Shown one piece after another: positions 39,417 through 49,096 of a stretch of DNA of 64,000 nucleotides; positions within the stretch are counted from its first letter, which is position 1; every line of letters begins with the position of its first letter. The notes under the pieces were generated by a model. That model had not been told where the DNA came from. It saw nothing but the letters and a program-made list of their open reading frames with translations, and did not search any database. A program made the position numbers and the translations under genes. This stretch comes from an uncultured Dehalococcoidia bacterium (lineage in GTDB: Bacteria > Chloroflexota > Dehalococcoidia > Lucifugimonadales > UBA1127): assembly GCA_964625945.1 (NCBI GenBank), contig CAZVDP010000011.1, positions 112-64,111 on the forward strand, in the 5' to 3' direction.

Positions 39417-40301
39417 TCAATTCGAAACCTCAACGCCTCCCAAGCGTTCCAAGAGTTGCACGTAGGCCTGCGTCCCTTCTTCTCCCAAACCTTCACGCGT
39501 CATGGCAACATACCCTTGGTGAACCAACGTTGTAGTTAGTAGCGGGAGTTGCATTTCCAAGGCAGCTTCCTGTATCAGTCGTAAGTCTTTCGCTTGCATT
39601 CGAACCTTGAATCCTGGAGCAAAGTCTCTTTTTAGAATACGCGCTCCGAGGTTTTCCAATTGCCAAGAGTTGGCAGCTCCTCCCGTGACGGCATTAAAGA
39701 CAGCCGTCAAATCCACACCAGACTTCGCGGCGAACACCAGGCCTTCCGCGACCGCAGCGAGTGTCCCGGCAACGATAATCTGATTCACAAGTTTCGCTAC
39801 CTGACCCATCCCCGTGCCGCCACAATAAGTACTGCGCTGCCCGAGCGTGTCAAACACAGGTAACGATCGATCGTATATCTCTCTTTGCCCTCCGACCATA
39901 ATCGATAATGAACCCTGTTGAGCCCCCCAGACGCCGCCACTTACCGGAGCGTCTAGCATATGCACTTGCCTCTCAGACAAGCGTTTAGCGATTGTCCGGG
40001 TAACCGAAGGAGATATGCTACTCATGTCGATAACGATCGAATCTGGTCGCGCTCCTTCGAGAATCCCTTTCTCGCCCAATACCACCTCTTCGACATCGGG
40101 GGAATCGGTAACCATCACAATCGTGATCTCCGCTCCTTCGGCTGCTTCCATAGGAGATTCTGCTTGGACTGCTCCGGCGGTGATTAAAGCGCTGGCTCGT
40201 TCTGGCGTTCGATTCCAAACATGCACCCTATGTCCCGCCTTGATAAGATTTTGAGCCATAGGGGTGCCCATTAATCCTAATCCAACAAATCCGATATTCA
40301 T
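39417..40301 (-). CDS. NAD(P)-dependent 3-hydroxyisobutyrate/2-hydroxy-3-oxopropionate dehydrogenase-family oxidoreductase
   Basis: Track ORF 39417..40316. MNIGFVGLGLMGTPMA dinucleotide fold. ATG 40301 follows GAGGAGG with a 6-nt spacer. Confidence 0.8.
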   Translation of the reverse strand: MNIGFVGLGLMGTPMAQNLIKAGHRVHVWNRTPERASALITAGAVQAESPMEAAEGAEITIVMVTDSPDVEEVVLGEKGILEGARPDSIVIDMSSISPSVTRTIAKRLSERQVHMLDAPVSGGVWGAQQGSLSIMVGGQREIYDRSLPVFDTLGQRSTYCGGTGMGQVAKLVNQIIVAGTLAAVAEGLVFAAKSGVDLTAVFNAVTGGAANSWQLENLGARILKRDFAPGFKVRMQAKDLRLIQEAALEMQLPLLTTTLVHQGYVAMTREGLGEEGTQAYVQLLERLGGVEVSN

Positions 40302-40486
40302 CACTATCCTCCTCAAGGGAATGATGGCCTCACTTTACCACAGGGGCTCGCCATGTCTCGCAAGTAGTCGCTGCCGCTTAGCCATATGCCTTCAGTGCAA
40401 GTTCCCGGCCCACAGGTCTAGGTTGTTCGCTGATCGGTTCTCCGTTAGTATCTCGCCACGGGAACAACTTCTTCCAAGGAGGTAAC

Positions 40487-41941
40487 ATGGCGGACGTACT
40501 GATTACTGGAGGGACGATAATCACAATGGACCCGCTTCGATCAGTGATTGCTGACGGTGCTGTCGCAATTGAAGCTGATCGCATTATCGCTGTAGGGTCG
40601 AGAGAAGAGGTTGTTAAGTCCCACAGCGCCACCACAGTTATCGACGCGCGGCAAAAGGTTGTTCTCCCCGGACTGATTGATACCCATGGTCATGCAGGCC
40701 ACGGGTTAGTCAAGACCTTAGGCGGCGGCTATAGCGACGTTTGGGCTAGGAGCGCGGATAAGATCTACGCTGAATTCACTACAGAGGAATTTTGGTACGC
40801 CGAGTCGCTGTTGACGAACCTAGAGCGCCTGAAATTCGGGGTTACTTGCGGGCTAACGTTTTTCGGAGGTGGCACCATGGTGATGAGGAGTGACGATCCT
40901 GGGTTTGGGGATCGTCACTGCGAGGCGCTGTCCCAAGTGGGTATCAGAGAGTTCCTGGTTGTCGGAGCCAGTAATCCCCCATACCCCCGCAACTACACCA
41001 TCTGGGGAGATTCGGGTCCAAGCAACCGTAGTGTGAGCTTTGAAGACCAGCTGGCCACGACAGAGACATTGATTAATCGCTGGCACACGCAGGCTTCTGG
41101 CAGGCTTCAGGTTGCTGTCATGCACCCCGTCTACAAACCTGGAGCGAGAACCGGAGAGAAGAGCAGCCTCGAAATAATCAAGAGCCAAGCGAAGGCGGCA
41201 CGAAGCTTGTCCAAGAAACACGATCTTCTGTTTACCCAAGATGGGCATTCGCGAGGCACTGTACAGTTTGCCCACCAAGAACTCGACATTCTTGGTCCTG
41301 ACGCCCTATTGTCCCACTCCACTGGCCTTACTGATGAAGAGATTCGCATCTGTGCGGAAACTGGAACTGTTATCGTTCACAATCCTAGCTCGGCGGCCTC
41401 CTATGTAGCTCGCTGCCCAGTACCGGAACTTATAGAGGCCGGTGTTACCGTGACGCTCGGTTCTGATGGCACAGCCCCTGATAGAAGCTACGATATGTTT
41501 CGTCACATGTTCCAGTGCATGCGCCATCACCGTGCTCATTACCGCGACGCCAACTACATGCCTCCAGGCAAAGTGCTCGAAATGGTGACTATCGACGCTG
41601 CACGAGGCTTAGGGATGGAGGGCGAGATTGGGTCTATAGAAAAAGGCAAAAAAGCAGATCTGATTCTTATCGATATGTTCAAGCCTCACCTGTACCCGTT
41701 CGACATGCCAGTGCACCGAGTTGTCAACTTCGCGAACGGCAATGATGTGGACACCGTAATGGTAGATGGCGTAATTCTGATGGAGCACCGGAAGGTCTTC
41801 TCTGTGGACGAGACCAAGGCCCTTCAGATGGCACAACGTGAGTCAGATTTGATGCTTGACCGGTCCGGTTTCCAAGCCCTTACAGAAATACCTGAAGGTT
41901 TTTGGGGTCGCGCGAGGTTGCCAGAACGTTGGCTTCCGTAA
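40487..41941 (+). CDS. amidohydrolase (chlorohydrolase / MTA-SAH-deaminase-like subgroup)
   Basis: N-terminus ADVLITGGTIITMD and metal motif PGLIDTHGHAGH. RBS AAGGAGGT. Confidence 0.8.
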   Translation: MADVLITGGTIITMDPLRSVIADGAVAIEADRIIAVGSREEVVKSHSATTVIDARQKVVLPGLIDTHGHAGHGLVKTLGGGYSDVWARSADKIYAEFTTEEFWYAESLLTNLERLKFGVTCGLTFFGGGTMVMRSDDPGFGDRHCEALSQVGIREFLVVGASNPPYPRNYTIWGDSGPSNRSVSFEDQLATTETLINRWHTQASGRLQVAVMHPVYKPGARTGEKSSLEIIKSQAKAARSLSKKHDLLFTQDGHSRGTVQFAHQELDILGPDALLSHSTGLTDEEIRICAETGTVIVHNPSSAASYVARCPVPELIEAGVTVTLGSDGTAPDRSYDMFRHMFQCMRHHRAHYRDANYMPPGKVLEMVTIDAARGLGMEGEIGSIEKGKKADLILIDMFKPHLYPFDMPVHRVVNFANGNDVDTVMVDGVILMEHRKVFSVDETKALQMAQRESDLMLDRSGFQALTEIPEGFWGRARLPERWLP

Positions 41942-42043
41942 TGCTCAATCGATCGCGACCAAGCATGCTTGATACGCCTCCATCTCACCGGATGTAGCTC
42001 TTTCACTATGCTCGGATCCATCTTGAAAGAGCTCGCCATGATA

Positions 42044-42073
42044 TTGACCAGTTATTCTGAGCCTCAATATAAT
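42044..42073 (+). promoter_or_regulatory. candidate sigma70-type promoter of purF-purM-purH
   Basis: TTGACC (42044-42049), 18-nt spacer, TATAAT (42068-42073). About 70 nt upstream of the purF ATG. Confidence 0.45.
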
Positions 42074-42143
42074 TGTCTTGGTAACCCATGCGATACTGGC
42101 GAGACATCGCGCGCCTAAAACCTGGCTGCCCTTGGAGGGATAA

Positions 42144-43544
42144 ATGAATGATCAACCCCAAGAGGCCTGTGGGATCGTCGGCATTTACTCTCCGGAAGGT
42201 AATGCAGCAAGAACGGCCTTCTTCGGCTTGTTCTCGTTACAGCACCGTGGACAAGAAAGTGCTGGTATCGGCACTAATGACGGCCACAATTTCCACCTCC
42301 ACACTGAGATGGGGCTCCTGAACCAAGCATTTCACGAGTTCGATCTCCACAGACTGCCCGGTGACTTCGCCATAGGGCACACACGCTACTCAACAACCGG
42401 TGAAAGTAGCAAGGCCAACGCACAACCGATTGCCGTCCAAGGACTCCATGGCCAGATCCTTCTTGGGCACAATGGCAACTTGATAAACGCTCTAGACTTG
42501 CGGCGAGAAATGGCGACTAGTTGGGACTGCAACTTTGCTACCTCCACCGATTCTGAGGTGATCGCCCAAATGCTCGTGAACGCTCCGGGTAAGAATTGGG
42601 GAGAACGCATCTCCTACCTATTCCGAAAACTTCAGGGGGCATACTCTTTAGTCGTTTTACTGGATGACGGAATCCTAGCGATCAGGGACCCATTAGGAGT
42701 CCGCCCTCTTTGCATCGGCCAATTGGGCGACGGCTGGGTTGTCGCTTCAGAGAGTTGTGCCTTGGATAACCTTGGTGCACGCTTTATGCGAGAAGTCGAA
42801 GCCGGAGAAGGGGTATTTATAGGCGCCCAAGGGCCCGAAACCCTTTACCAAACCCAAGAAGGCCAAAAGGGTCACTGCGTATTTGAAACCATCTACTTCG
42901 CTCGCCCAGATAGCAACCTAGAGGGAAAACTAGTGTACGTATCCAGACAAGAAATGGGGCGCCAACTAGCGAGAGAGCATCCTGTCGATGCTGATGTGGT
43001 AATCGCCATACCCGACTCAGCAAACCCTGCAGCCGTGGGCTACGCGCAAGAGTCCGGCATCGCGTACCGTGAAGGCCTCGTCAAGAACCGATACGTCGGG
43101 CGTACTTTTATCGAGCCTGACCAGCGAATTAGAGATATTGGGGTCCGCCTTAAATTTAACCCCCTCCCCGCAGTGCTTGAAGGCCAGCGAGTGGTCGTAG
43201 TTGACGACAGCATTGTGCGTGGGACTACGACGCCGCATGTTGTCAATCTGATACGTCAAGCTGGCGCTCGAGAGGTGCACCTAAGGGTCTGTGCCCCTCC
43301 CATAATCTCTCCCTGTTATTTCGGAGTTGACTTTGCAACACGTGCCGAACTGATCGGGGCGAACATGACAATCCCAGAAATTTGTCAGTTCGTCGGTGCC
43401 GATTCTCTTGGCTATCTGACACTAGATGGACTGTTCAAAGCAATAGACGCTTCACCAACAAACTACTGCTATGGGTGTTTCTCAGGAAGATACCCCATTG
43501 ATATCCAATTGGACCTTGACAAGCTGATTCTGGAGAAAGCCTAG
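42144..43544 (+). CDS. purF: amidophosphoribosyltransferase
   Basis: Ntn Cys in EACGIVGIY, PRPP loop VVVVDDSIVRGTT, Fe-S Cys context CYFGVD. Confidence 0.95.
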   Translation: MNDQPQEACGIVGIYSPEGNAARTAFFGLFSLQHRGQESAGIGTNDGHNFHLHTEMGLLNQAFHEFDLHRLPGDFAIGHTRYSTTGESSKANAQPIAVQGLHGQILLGHNGNLINALDLRREMATSWDCNFATSTDSEVIAQMLVNAPGKNWGERISYLFRKLQGAYSLVVLLDDGILAIRDPLGVRPLCIGQLGDGWVVASESCALDNLGARFMREVEAGEGVFIGAQGPETLYQTQEGQKGHCVFETIYFARPDSNLEGKLVYVSRQEMGRQLAREHPVDADVVIAIPDSANPAAVGYAQESGIAYREGLVKNRYVGRTFIEPDQRIRDIGVRLKFNPLPAVLEGQRVVVVDDSIVRGTTTPHVVNLIRQAGAREVHLRVCAPPIISPCYFGVDFATRAELIGANMTIPEICQFVGADSLGYLTLDGLFKAIDASPTNYCYGCFSGRYPIDIQLDLDKLILEKA

Positions 43545-43579
43545 TCGGACCCATGGATTTCTAGGCATCACTATAGGGA

Positions 43580-44617
43580 ATGCGAGCAATGAGCACTACT
43601 AATTACGATGACGCCGGCGTGAATCGGTCTTCTGCAAACCGCGCCAAGCAGCGTATCTTCGATTTGGCACGCGGCACATTTACGCCCGGCGCCATCGGAG
43701 ACATCGGCTTTTTCGGCTCGGCCTTTCAGGTACAAGGGTTCGACGACCCGATCCTGATTTCTCACACAGACGGGGTTGGAACCAAAACACGTGTGGCAGG
43801 CCTAATGGGGAACTTTGACTCCATCGGCGTGGACATCGTCCATCACTGTGTTAACGACATTTTGACATGCCGGGCACGTCCTTTGTTTTTCCTCGACTAC
43901 ATTGGGCTAGGGTCCATGGTGCCTGAAACCGTTGAAGGAATCGTTGAAGGGATCACGAAAGCCTGTAAAGCTGTCGGGTGTGCATTGATCGGTGGTGAAA
44001 CTGCCGAGTTGGCCGACATTTATCACGCGGGTGATCTCGACCTTGTCGGTTTCATTGTAGGGGCCGTTGAAAAGACAGACCTTCCTCAAATTGACAACGT
44101 TTCTAGCGGCGATGTGCTCTTGGGGCTCCCTTCAAGCGGACTGCACACGAACGGCTTCACTCTGGTTCGCAAAGTTTTCAATATTGATAACGATCCTTCA
44201 GTGCTTCGCGCACACGTCCCTGAACTGAACGGCTCTCTTGGCGAATGCCTGCTTATCCCACACCGTTGTTATTACAATGACCTCTCACCGGTGCTACGTG
44301 AAATTAAAGCCATGGCCCATATCACGGGCGGAGGCTTTTTCGATAACATCGCCCGCTGTTTACCCGTAGACGTATCCGCGTCCATCGACGCCTCCACCTG
44401 GGAAGTCCCTCCACTCTTTCGGCTCATACAAGAGCGGGGAAAGGTGACTACCGAAGAAATGTTCAGCGTGTTTAATATGGGCGTCGGAATGGTCCTAATC
44501 GCTGCTCCCGAGGACGTCGCTGCGATCCAAGAATCGGTCGCCGAAGCCTGGGTTATTGGCGAGGTTGTCGCGCGTGACGGGGGCGATGCCGTGTCGATTG
44601 AGAAAGTGAGGGAGTAG
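43580..44617 (+). CDS. purM: phosphoribosylformylglycinamidine cyclo-ligase
   Basis: YDDAGVN, SHTDGVGTK, GGETAE motifs. ATG 43589 is an alternative start. Confidence 0.95.
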   Translation: MRAMSTTNYDDAGVNRSSANRAKQRIFDLARGTFTPGAIGDIGFFGSAFQVQGFDDPILISHTDGVGTKTRVAGLMGNFDSIGVDIVHHCVNDILTCRARPLFFLDYIGLGSMVPETVEGIVEGITKACKAVGCALIGGETAELADIYHAGDLDLVGFIVGAVEKTDLPQIDNVSSGDVLLGLPSSGLHTNGFTLVRKVFNIDNDPSVLRAHVPELNGSLGECLLIPHRCYYNDLSPVLREIKAMAHITGGGFFDNIARCLPVDVSASIDASTWEVPPLFRLIQERGKVTTEEMFSVFNMGVGMVLIAAPEDVAAIQESVAEAWVIGEVVARDGGDAVSIEKVRE

Positions 44618-46143
44618 TGAAGGCAGTACTCAGTGTTTATCGTAAACACGGCATTGTAGAGCTTTCCAAAGAGTTAACAAAAGCCGGCGTCGAGCTAGTG
44701 AGTACTGGAGGAACTTTCTCCAAGATCGCAGATGCGGGGATCAAGGTCACACAAATTTCGGACCTGACAGGCTTCCCTCAACTCTTGAGCGGCCGCGTCA
44801 AGACATTGCATCCCAAAGTGCATGCTGGAATTTTGGCTAGGCGTGAGTCTCGGGAACATATGGCCGAACTTGCAGAACATTTTATCGAGCCAATAGATAT
44901 TGTCGCGGTCAACCTCTACCCATTCGAGGATACCCTACAAGATCCCTCGGCAGCCTTGCCCGATCTTCTAGAGAACATTGATATTGGGGGACCAACGCTG
45001 GTCCGAGCCGCCGCAAAAAACTTTCCTTCGGTAGTAGTCTTAGTAGATCCACAAGACTACAGTTGGGTAGCAGAACACTTCATTGACGGAACCCTAACCC
45101 TCGAACATCGCCGCATGCTCGCCGCGAAGGCTTTTCAGCATGTTGCCCTATACGACACCTTAATTGCGCAATGGCTTGCCGAACCCAGTCGACACGGTTT
45201 CAGCGATGAAATGACTTTTGCTTTTCGCAAGTCGGCTGATCTTAGATACGGAGAAAATCCACACCAAGGCGCCGCATTGTACGCCTCAATCCCGCATTCC
45301 ACCGGGATTGTTGGCGCGACACAGCTTCACGGGAAAGACCTCTCCTTTAACAATCTGCTTGATGCAGATGCGGCGTGGCAGGCTGCTTCTGACTTCCCGC
45401 AGGAAACTGTAGCAATAGTCAAACACACGAACACTTGCGGCATCGCTGCCCACCCTGATCTAGCTGAAGCCTATCGGCGAGCACATGCCGGTGATCCAAT
45501 CTCCGCCTACGGCGGCATCGTCGCGTTCAACCGGACTGTTACAGCCCCCGCCGCGGAGGCTATGCGAGGAGTATTTTACGAGGTGGTTATTGCTCCAGAC
45601 TTCGACGACAATGCCCTCCTAATTCTCCAAAAAAGACGGGGGCTACGGATCCTTAAGATGGGCGACGGCTCTCGAGATCACAGGCAGAACCGATCCTTGC
45701 GCCCAGTAAGCGGTGGGATCCTGTTGCAGGACACGGACCACATGGTCGACGAATCAAGCAGTTGGTCTGTAGTAACATCGAAACAACCTACCCCGCAGCA
45801 ATTTGATGACCTGGCTTTTGCTTGGCGTGTAGCAAAACATATCAAATCGAATGCAATTGTGTTGGTAAAAGAAAAAGCGCTGATTGGGATGGGTGCAGGC
45901 CAGCCGAACAGGCTGACTAGTGTTCACCTCGCTCTCAAAACAGCCGGGGATCGTGCAAAGGGTTGTGTCTTAGCCTCGGACGCATTCTTTCCTTTCGCCG
46001 ACGGTGTCGAACTAGCTGTTGCAGGAGGAATAGAAGCAGTAATACAGCCTGGCGGATCAATCCGTGACTCTGAGATCGTCAGCGCTGCCAATTCAGCTGG
46101 GATTTCTATGGTGACCACTGGGGTCCGCCACTTTCTCCACTAG
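44617..46143 (+). CDS. purH: bifunctional AICAR transformylase / IMP cyclohydrolase
   Basis: MGS-like N-terminal domain (VSTGGT), GRVKTLHPKVHAGIL, C-terminal AICARFT domain ending GVRHFLH. The GTG start shares its G with the purM TAG. Confidence 0.97.
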   Translation: MKAVLSVYRKHGIVELSKELTKAGVELVSTGGTFSKIADAGIKVTQISDLTGFPQLLSGRVKTLHPKVHAGILARRESREHMAELAEHFIEPIDIVAVNLYPFEDTLQDPSAALPDLLENIDIGGPTLVRAAAKNFPSVVVLVDPQDYSWVAEHFIDGTLTLEHRRMLAAKAFQHVALYDTLIAQWLAEPSRHGFSDEMTFAFRKSADLRYGENPHQGAALYASIPHSTGIVGATQLHGKDLSFNNLLDADAAWQAASDFPQETVAIVKHTNTCGIAAHPDLAEAYRRAHAGDPISAYGGIVAFNRTVTAPAAEAMRGVFYEVVIAPDFDDNALLILQKRRGLRILKMGDGSRDHRQNRSLRPVSGGILLQDTDHMVDESSSWSVVTSKQPTPQQFDDLAFAWRVAKHIKSNAIVLVKEKALIGMGAGQPNRLTSVHLALKTAGDRAKGCVLASDAFFPFADGVELAVAGGIEAVIQPGGSIRDSEIVSAANSAGISMVTTGVRHFLH

Positions 46144-46215
46144 CCTGCCAGCACGCGGCCATCCCCAGGAGAATGATTCAAATTCTCGCATTATATAGTG
46201 GTCGTTTAGTAGGAA

Positions 46216-46998
46216 ATGGATCTAATCGTCATTATGGACAATCACTTGGACATCAAGAATGTTACCCTAGACGTTGTCCTTCCCGTTTACAACGAAGAAG
46301 CTGCGTTGCCTCTTGGTGTGCAAACGCTCCATTCCTTTCTCTCGACCAGCGCTTACACGGATTGGCGGATCACAATAGTAGATAACGGCTCAACTGATAA
46401 TACCCAAAAAGTTGCGCGTGCTCTAGTCGAGAAATACCCTCAGGTTCACGCGATTTTTCTGACCGAGAAAGGGAGGGGGCGGGCGCTAAAGGCCGCCTGG
46501 TTGCGCAGCGACGCTAAAGTCCTCTCCTACATGGATATCGACCTTTCCACGGACCTAGATTCTTTGCCCCAGATGGTTGATGCCATACTGCATCAAGGAT
46601 ACGATATGGCTGTAGGGTCCAGGCTGGCTGCAGGCGCAAAAGTTACGAGGACAATCCGGCGAGAAATGATTTCTCGCTGCTACATGCTTCTTATAAAATC
46701 CCTGTTCCGCATCCACTTTTCAGATGCCCAGTGCGGGTTCAAGGCGCTCAGTCAAGGGGCCGCGAGGGCCCTTCTCCCTCACATCCTTGATAATGAATGG
46801 TTTCTTGACACCGAACTTTTAATTACAGCAGAAAAAAGTGGGTTCAGGATCAAAGATGTTCCGGTTACTTGGCTTGAGGACCCGGACAGCCGCGTGGCGA
46901 TTATTCAAACAGCTTGGCGAGACCTTAAGGGATTATGCCGCCTACGGTTCGGCGGGTTAGCCCAAGCAGCACGCCCGGACTCAACGACTCTAGAATAG
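46216..46998 (+). CDS. family-2 glycosyltransferase (polyprenol-phosphate glycosyltransferase-like)
   Basis: VVLPVYNEE, DNGSTDNT, DxD-like YMDIDLS. Confidence 0.8.
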   Translation: MDLIVIMDNHLDIKNVTLDVVLPVYNEEAALPLGVQTLHSFLSTSAYTDWRITIVDNGSTDNTQKVARALVEKYPQVHAIFLTEKGRGRALKAAWLRSDAKVLSYMDIDLSTDLDSLPQMVDAILHQGYDMAVGSRLAAGAKVTRTIRREMISRCYMLLIKSLFRIHFSDAQCGFKALSQGAARALLPHILDNEWFLDTELLITAEKSGFRIKDVPVTWLEDPDSRVAIIQTAWRDLKGLCRLRFGGLAQAARPDSTTLE

Positions 46999-47007
46999 CG
47001 GAGAGAT

Positions 47008-47847
47008 CTATCCTTCTAACGCCCTCAGGTCTGTTAGGACTTGCATATTCTCTTCAAGTGTAAACCCGTCTACCACGGGCTCTTGCGCTCCAGTAGTCCC
47101 GTCCACCGCGCCCTCTTGCGCCATCTTCCTTATCATCCGTGCATGATTAGTCGTACTTGGCAATAATCGCTTTCCAGTTAAACGCGATAGAGCTGCGACA
47201 ACGCCATATCCGCCCCAGTTCGAGACTGCCGCTAATACCAAGTGGGTCGCAGCAACATCGCAGGGATCTTTAACCAGTGTGGGCACAGAAGGAATTACAT
47301 CATAGAGTGTGCCCATCCCGACTTCGTTGCCACCGTCGCCGATACCAATGGTCGCCTGGTGGTCCGTAAACAGCGCGTCAAGTTTTCCTGTCCATTCAGA
47401 AATATCTTGCCCTCGCATATTCAGGTATTCGCCGTTACGAGTCCTCCCACACCGCTCAATCGCGATCAGTAAATCTGGTTGCACATCATCTAGGATACGA
47501 GCGGCTCGTTTTTGACTCTCTTCCCAGTCTAGAATCGGGAAAGTAAAGACATTGCCTTCGGCGACACCGCCCGCTGTCATAATAGGGGCAGTATGTGCAT
47601 CAGTCACATATGCCACATGACTCCCGAGCGACTCAATAGCCTGCCCGAGCACTATGGCTCCGGGAGGGCCATCTGTTTCAGGGGCTCCTGCAGAGAGGAT
47701 ATAAAACCCGGTAGCAATAAGAACTTTTCCGGGATGGTCTAAAACAAACTGGGCTGCTTGAGTACAGAAGTCATCTGGTACAGACCCGCGAAGTTCGGCA
47801 ATGCCTCTACGATCCCCCCGTAAAACGATATCTTCAATGGCCCCCAT
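47008..47847 (-). CDS. DUF4392 / D-glutamate-cyclase-like domain protein (tentative)
   Basis: Track ORF 47008..47955. ATG 47847 follows GAGGAGG with a 6-nt spacer. ATGFYI...ETDGPPGA and IGIGDGGNEVGMG resemble my recollection of DUF4392 proteins. Confidence 0.45.
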   Translation of the reverse strand: MGAIEDIVLRGDRRGIAELRGSVPDDFCTQAAQFVLDHPGKVLIATGFYILSAGAPETDGPPGAIVLGQAIESLGSHVAYVTDAHTAPIMTAGGVAEGNVFTFPILDWEESQKRAARILDDVQPDLLIAIERCGRTRNGEYLNMRGQDISEWTGKLDALFTDHQATIGIGDGGNEVGMGTLYDVIPSVPTLVKDPCDVAATHLVLAAVSNWGGYGVVAALSRLTGKRLLPSTTNHARMIRKMAQEGAVDGTTGAQEPVVDGFTLEENMQVLTDLRALEG

Positions 47848-48104
47848 GCTTTTCCTCCTCGCAAAGTATGCCTTAGTTCCATTTCCCGGTGCCACGCATT
47901 TTTCGACTGACCCTGGTTGAGTTCGAGCCGTAAGGCGCTCGGGCTGGGCCGGCACCCCTCACCACAAAGTGTATGGCAAGTCGCGGGACAACACAGGATT
48001 TGGTCACACACTAGGGATCACGCGCTAAACACAACTTGCCGACGCCAAGCGGATAATGAAAGGACAGTAGGTGAAGGTTCCTAGCTTATCCCCTGCGAAT
48101 CTAC

Positions 48105-48488
48105 TTAGTGGCTGGCTCCGCACGCGCACCCGCCGCCGCCGCCACTGCCGCAGCCGCCACTGCCGCAACCGCAGCCACCGCTGCCGCAACCACCACCACT
48201 GCTAGGCATGTTCGGGTTTGTAATAATAAAACCGCTGCGAGTGAAATCGTCGACATAGTCTATCTGAGCGCCTTCCATAATGGGCGCTGCATCCCCGTCG
48301 ATCAAAATACGGACTCCATCGTATTCATTAACTACATCGTCCGCACTTGGTTCGCTCTCCAGGGTCAACATATATTGGGCACCATGTCCAGATGGAACCA
48401 TAATGACCCGAATCGCTGAGCCTGGAGTCTGCTCTTCTTCTAAAATAGTCCTGAGTTTTTCTACAGCAGGTGCCGTCACATCAATCAT
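48105..48488 (-). CDS. atypical A-type (IscA/HesB-like) Fe-S carrier homolog with a Gly/Cys-repeat C-terminal tail
   Basis: The core aligns to the IscA pattern (...VRILIDG...IDYVDD...GFIITNPN), but SGHGAQY replaces SGCSGMAY. The tail is SSGGGCGSGGCGCGSGGCGSGGGGGCACGASH. Confidence 0.6.
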   Translation of the reverse strand: MIDVTAPAVEKLRTILEEEQTPGSAIRVIMVPSGHGAQYMLTLESEPSADDVVNEYDGVRILIDGDAAPIMEGAQIDYVDDFTRSGFIITNPNMPSSGGGCGSGGCGCGSGGCGSGGGGGCACGASH

Positions 48489-48652
48489 AGTATTCCTTCC
48501 TCACGTACAGCCCAAGATTTAGAAGCATGGCACTATAAAAAGCAGCGCTAGCTTAACAAAGTAGTCAATCGTGGTCAAGCCTTGAGACAGTGAGGCTGTC
48601 TTGTAACTCATAGCGTCTCTTGATATCCTGTACCCCTTGAAAGGAGTCGTCT

Positions 48653-48928
48653 ATGAGCCTGCGTTTCCGACTTTATGGCTGGTTCTTCGATCGTCCGGGT
48701 CTAGTGGTCCGTTGGATGGCTACCAATGCAATCATCCTATTAGCGGCGGCTCTTTTTACTGTACTTCTTGATCTAGCCTGGGGATCGCTCGATATGCGTT
48801 GGGGCTTGACAGTCTGGTTCTCGTTTGTGCTGGGCTTCAGCGCTATGGTGATATTCAACGTGGTGGCGAATCTTATGGGTCTCGGCTACGAACATTCCCA
48901 AGGTAAGCCCCGCGTTCGTCGTTCATAA
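48653..48928 (+). CDS. small membrane protein, unknown function
   Basis: 91 aa, 2 TM helices. RBS AAGGAG 7 nt upstream of the ATG. Confidence 0.4.
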   Translation: MSLRFRLYGWFFDRPGLVVRWMATNAIILLAAALFTVLLDLAWGSLDMRWGLTVWFSFVLGFSAMVIFNVVANLMGLGYEHSQGKPRVRRS

Positions 48929-49096
48929 CCATCGGCCAGCGTTCCAGACAAGCATTGATACTGTTACTCGCTTAGCAGCAATTGGGACAACCGATTCTTG
49001 CTCGTTTTCGCAAGTGAGCCTCCACTAACCTTATTCCCTTCCCGTCGTTATTACTACATGAACAAAACGATCCTGATGCTGTGAACAGGGAGACTC

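Noticed and set aside
47739-48011. Cys-rich 90-aa ORF (MCDQILCCPATCHTLCGEGC...) that might be a metallothionein-like or RiPP-like peptide next to the Cys-rich IscA-like gene
   Set aside because: It starts at GTG with no SD and overlaps the well-supported DUF4392-like gene start (strong GAGGAGG RBS at ATG 47847) in another frame. It is most likely a chance ORF.
48108-48419. Plus-strand ORF encoding an Ala/Thr-rich protein (MAGSARAPAAAATAAAATAATAATAAATTTT...)
   Set aside because: It is a shadow ORF created by the antisense of the Gly/Cys repeat tract of the IscA-like gene.
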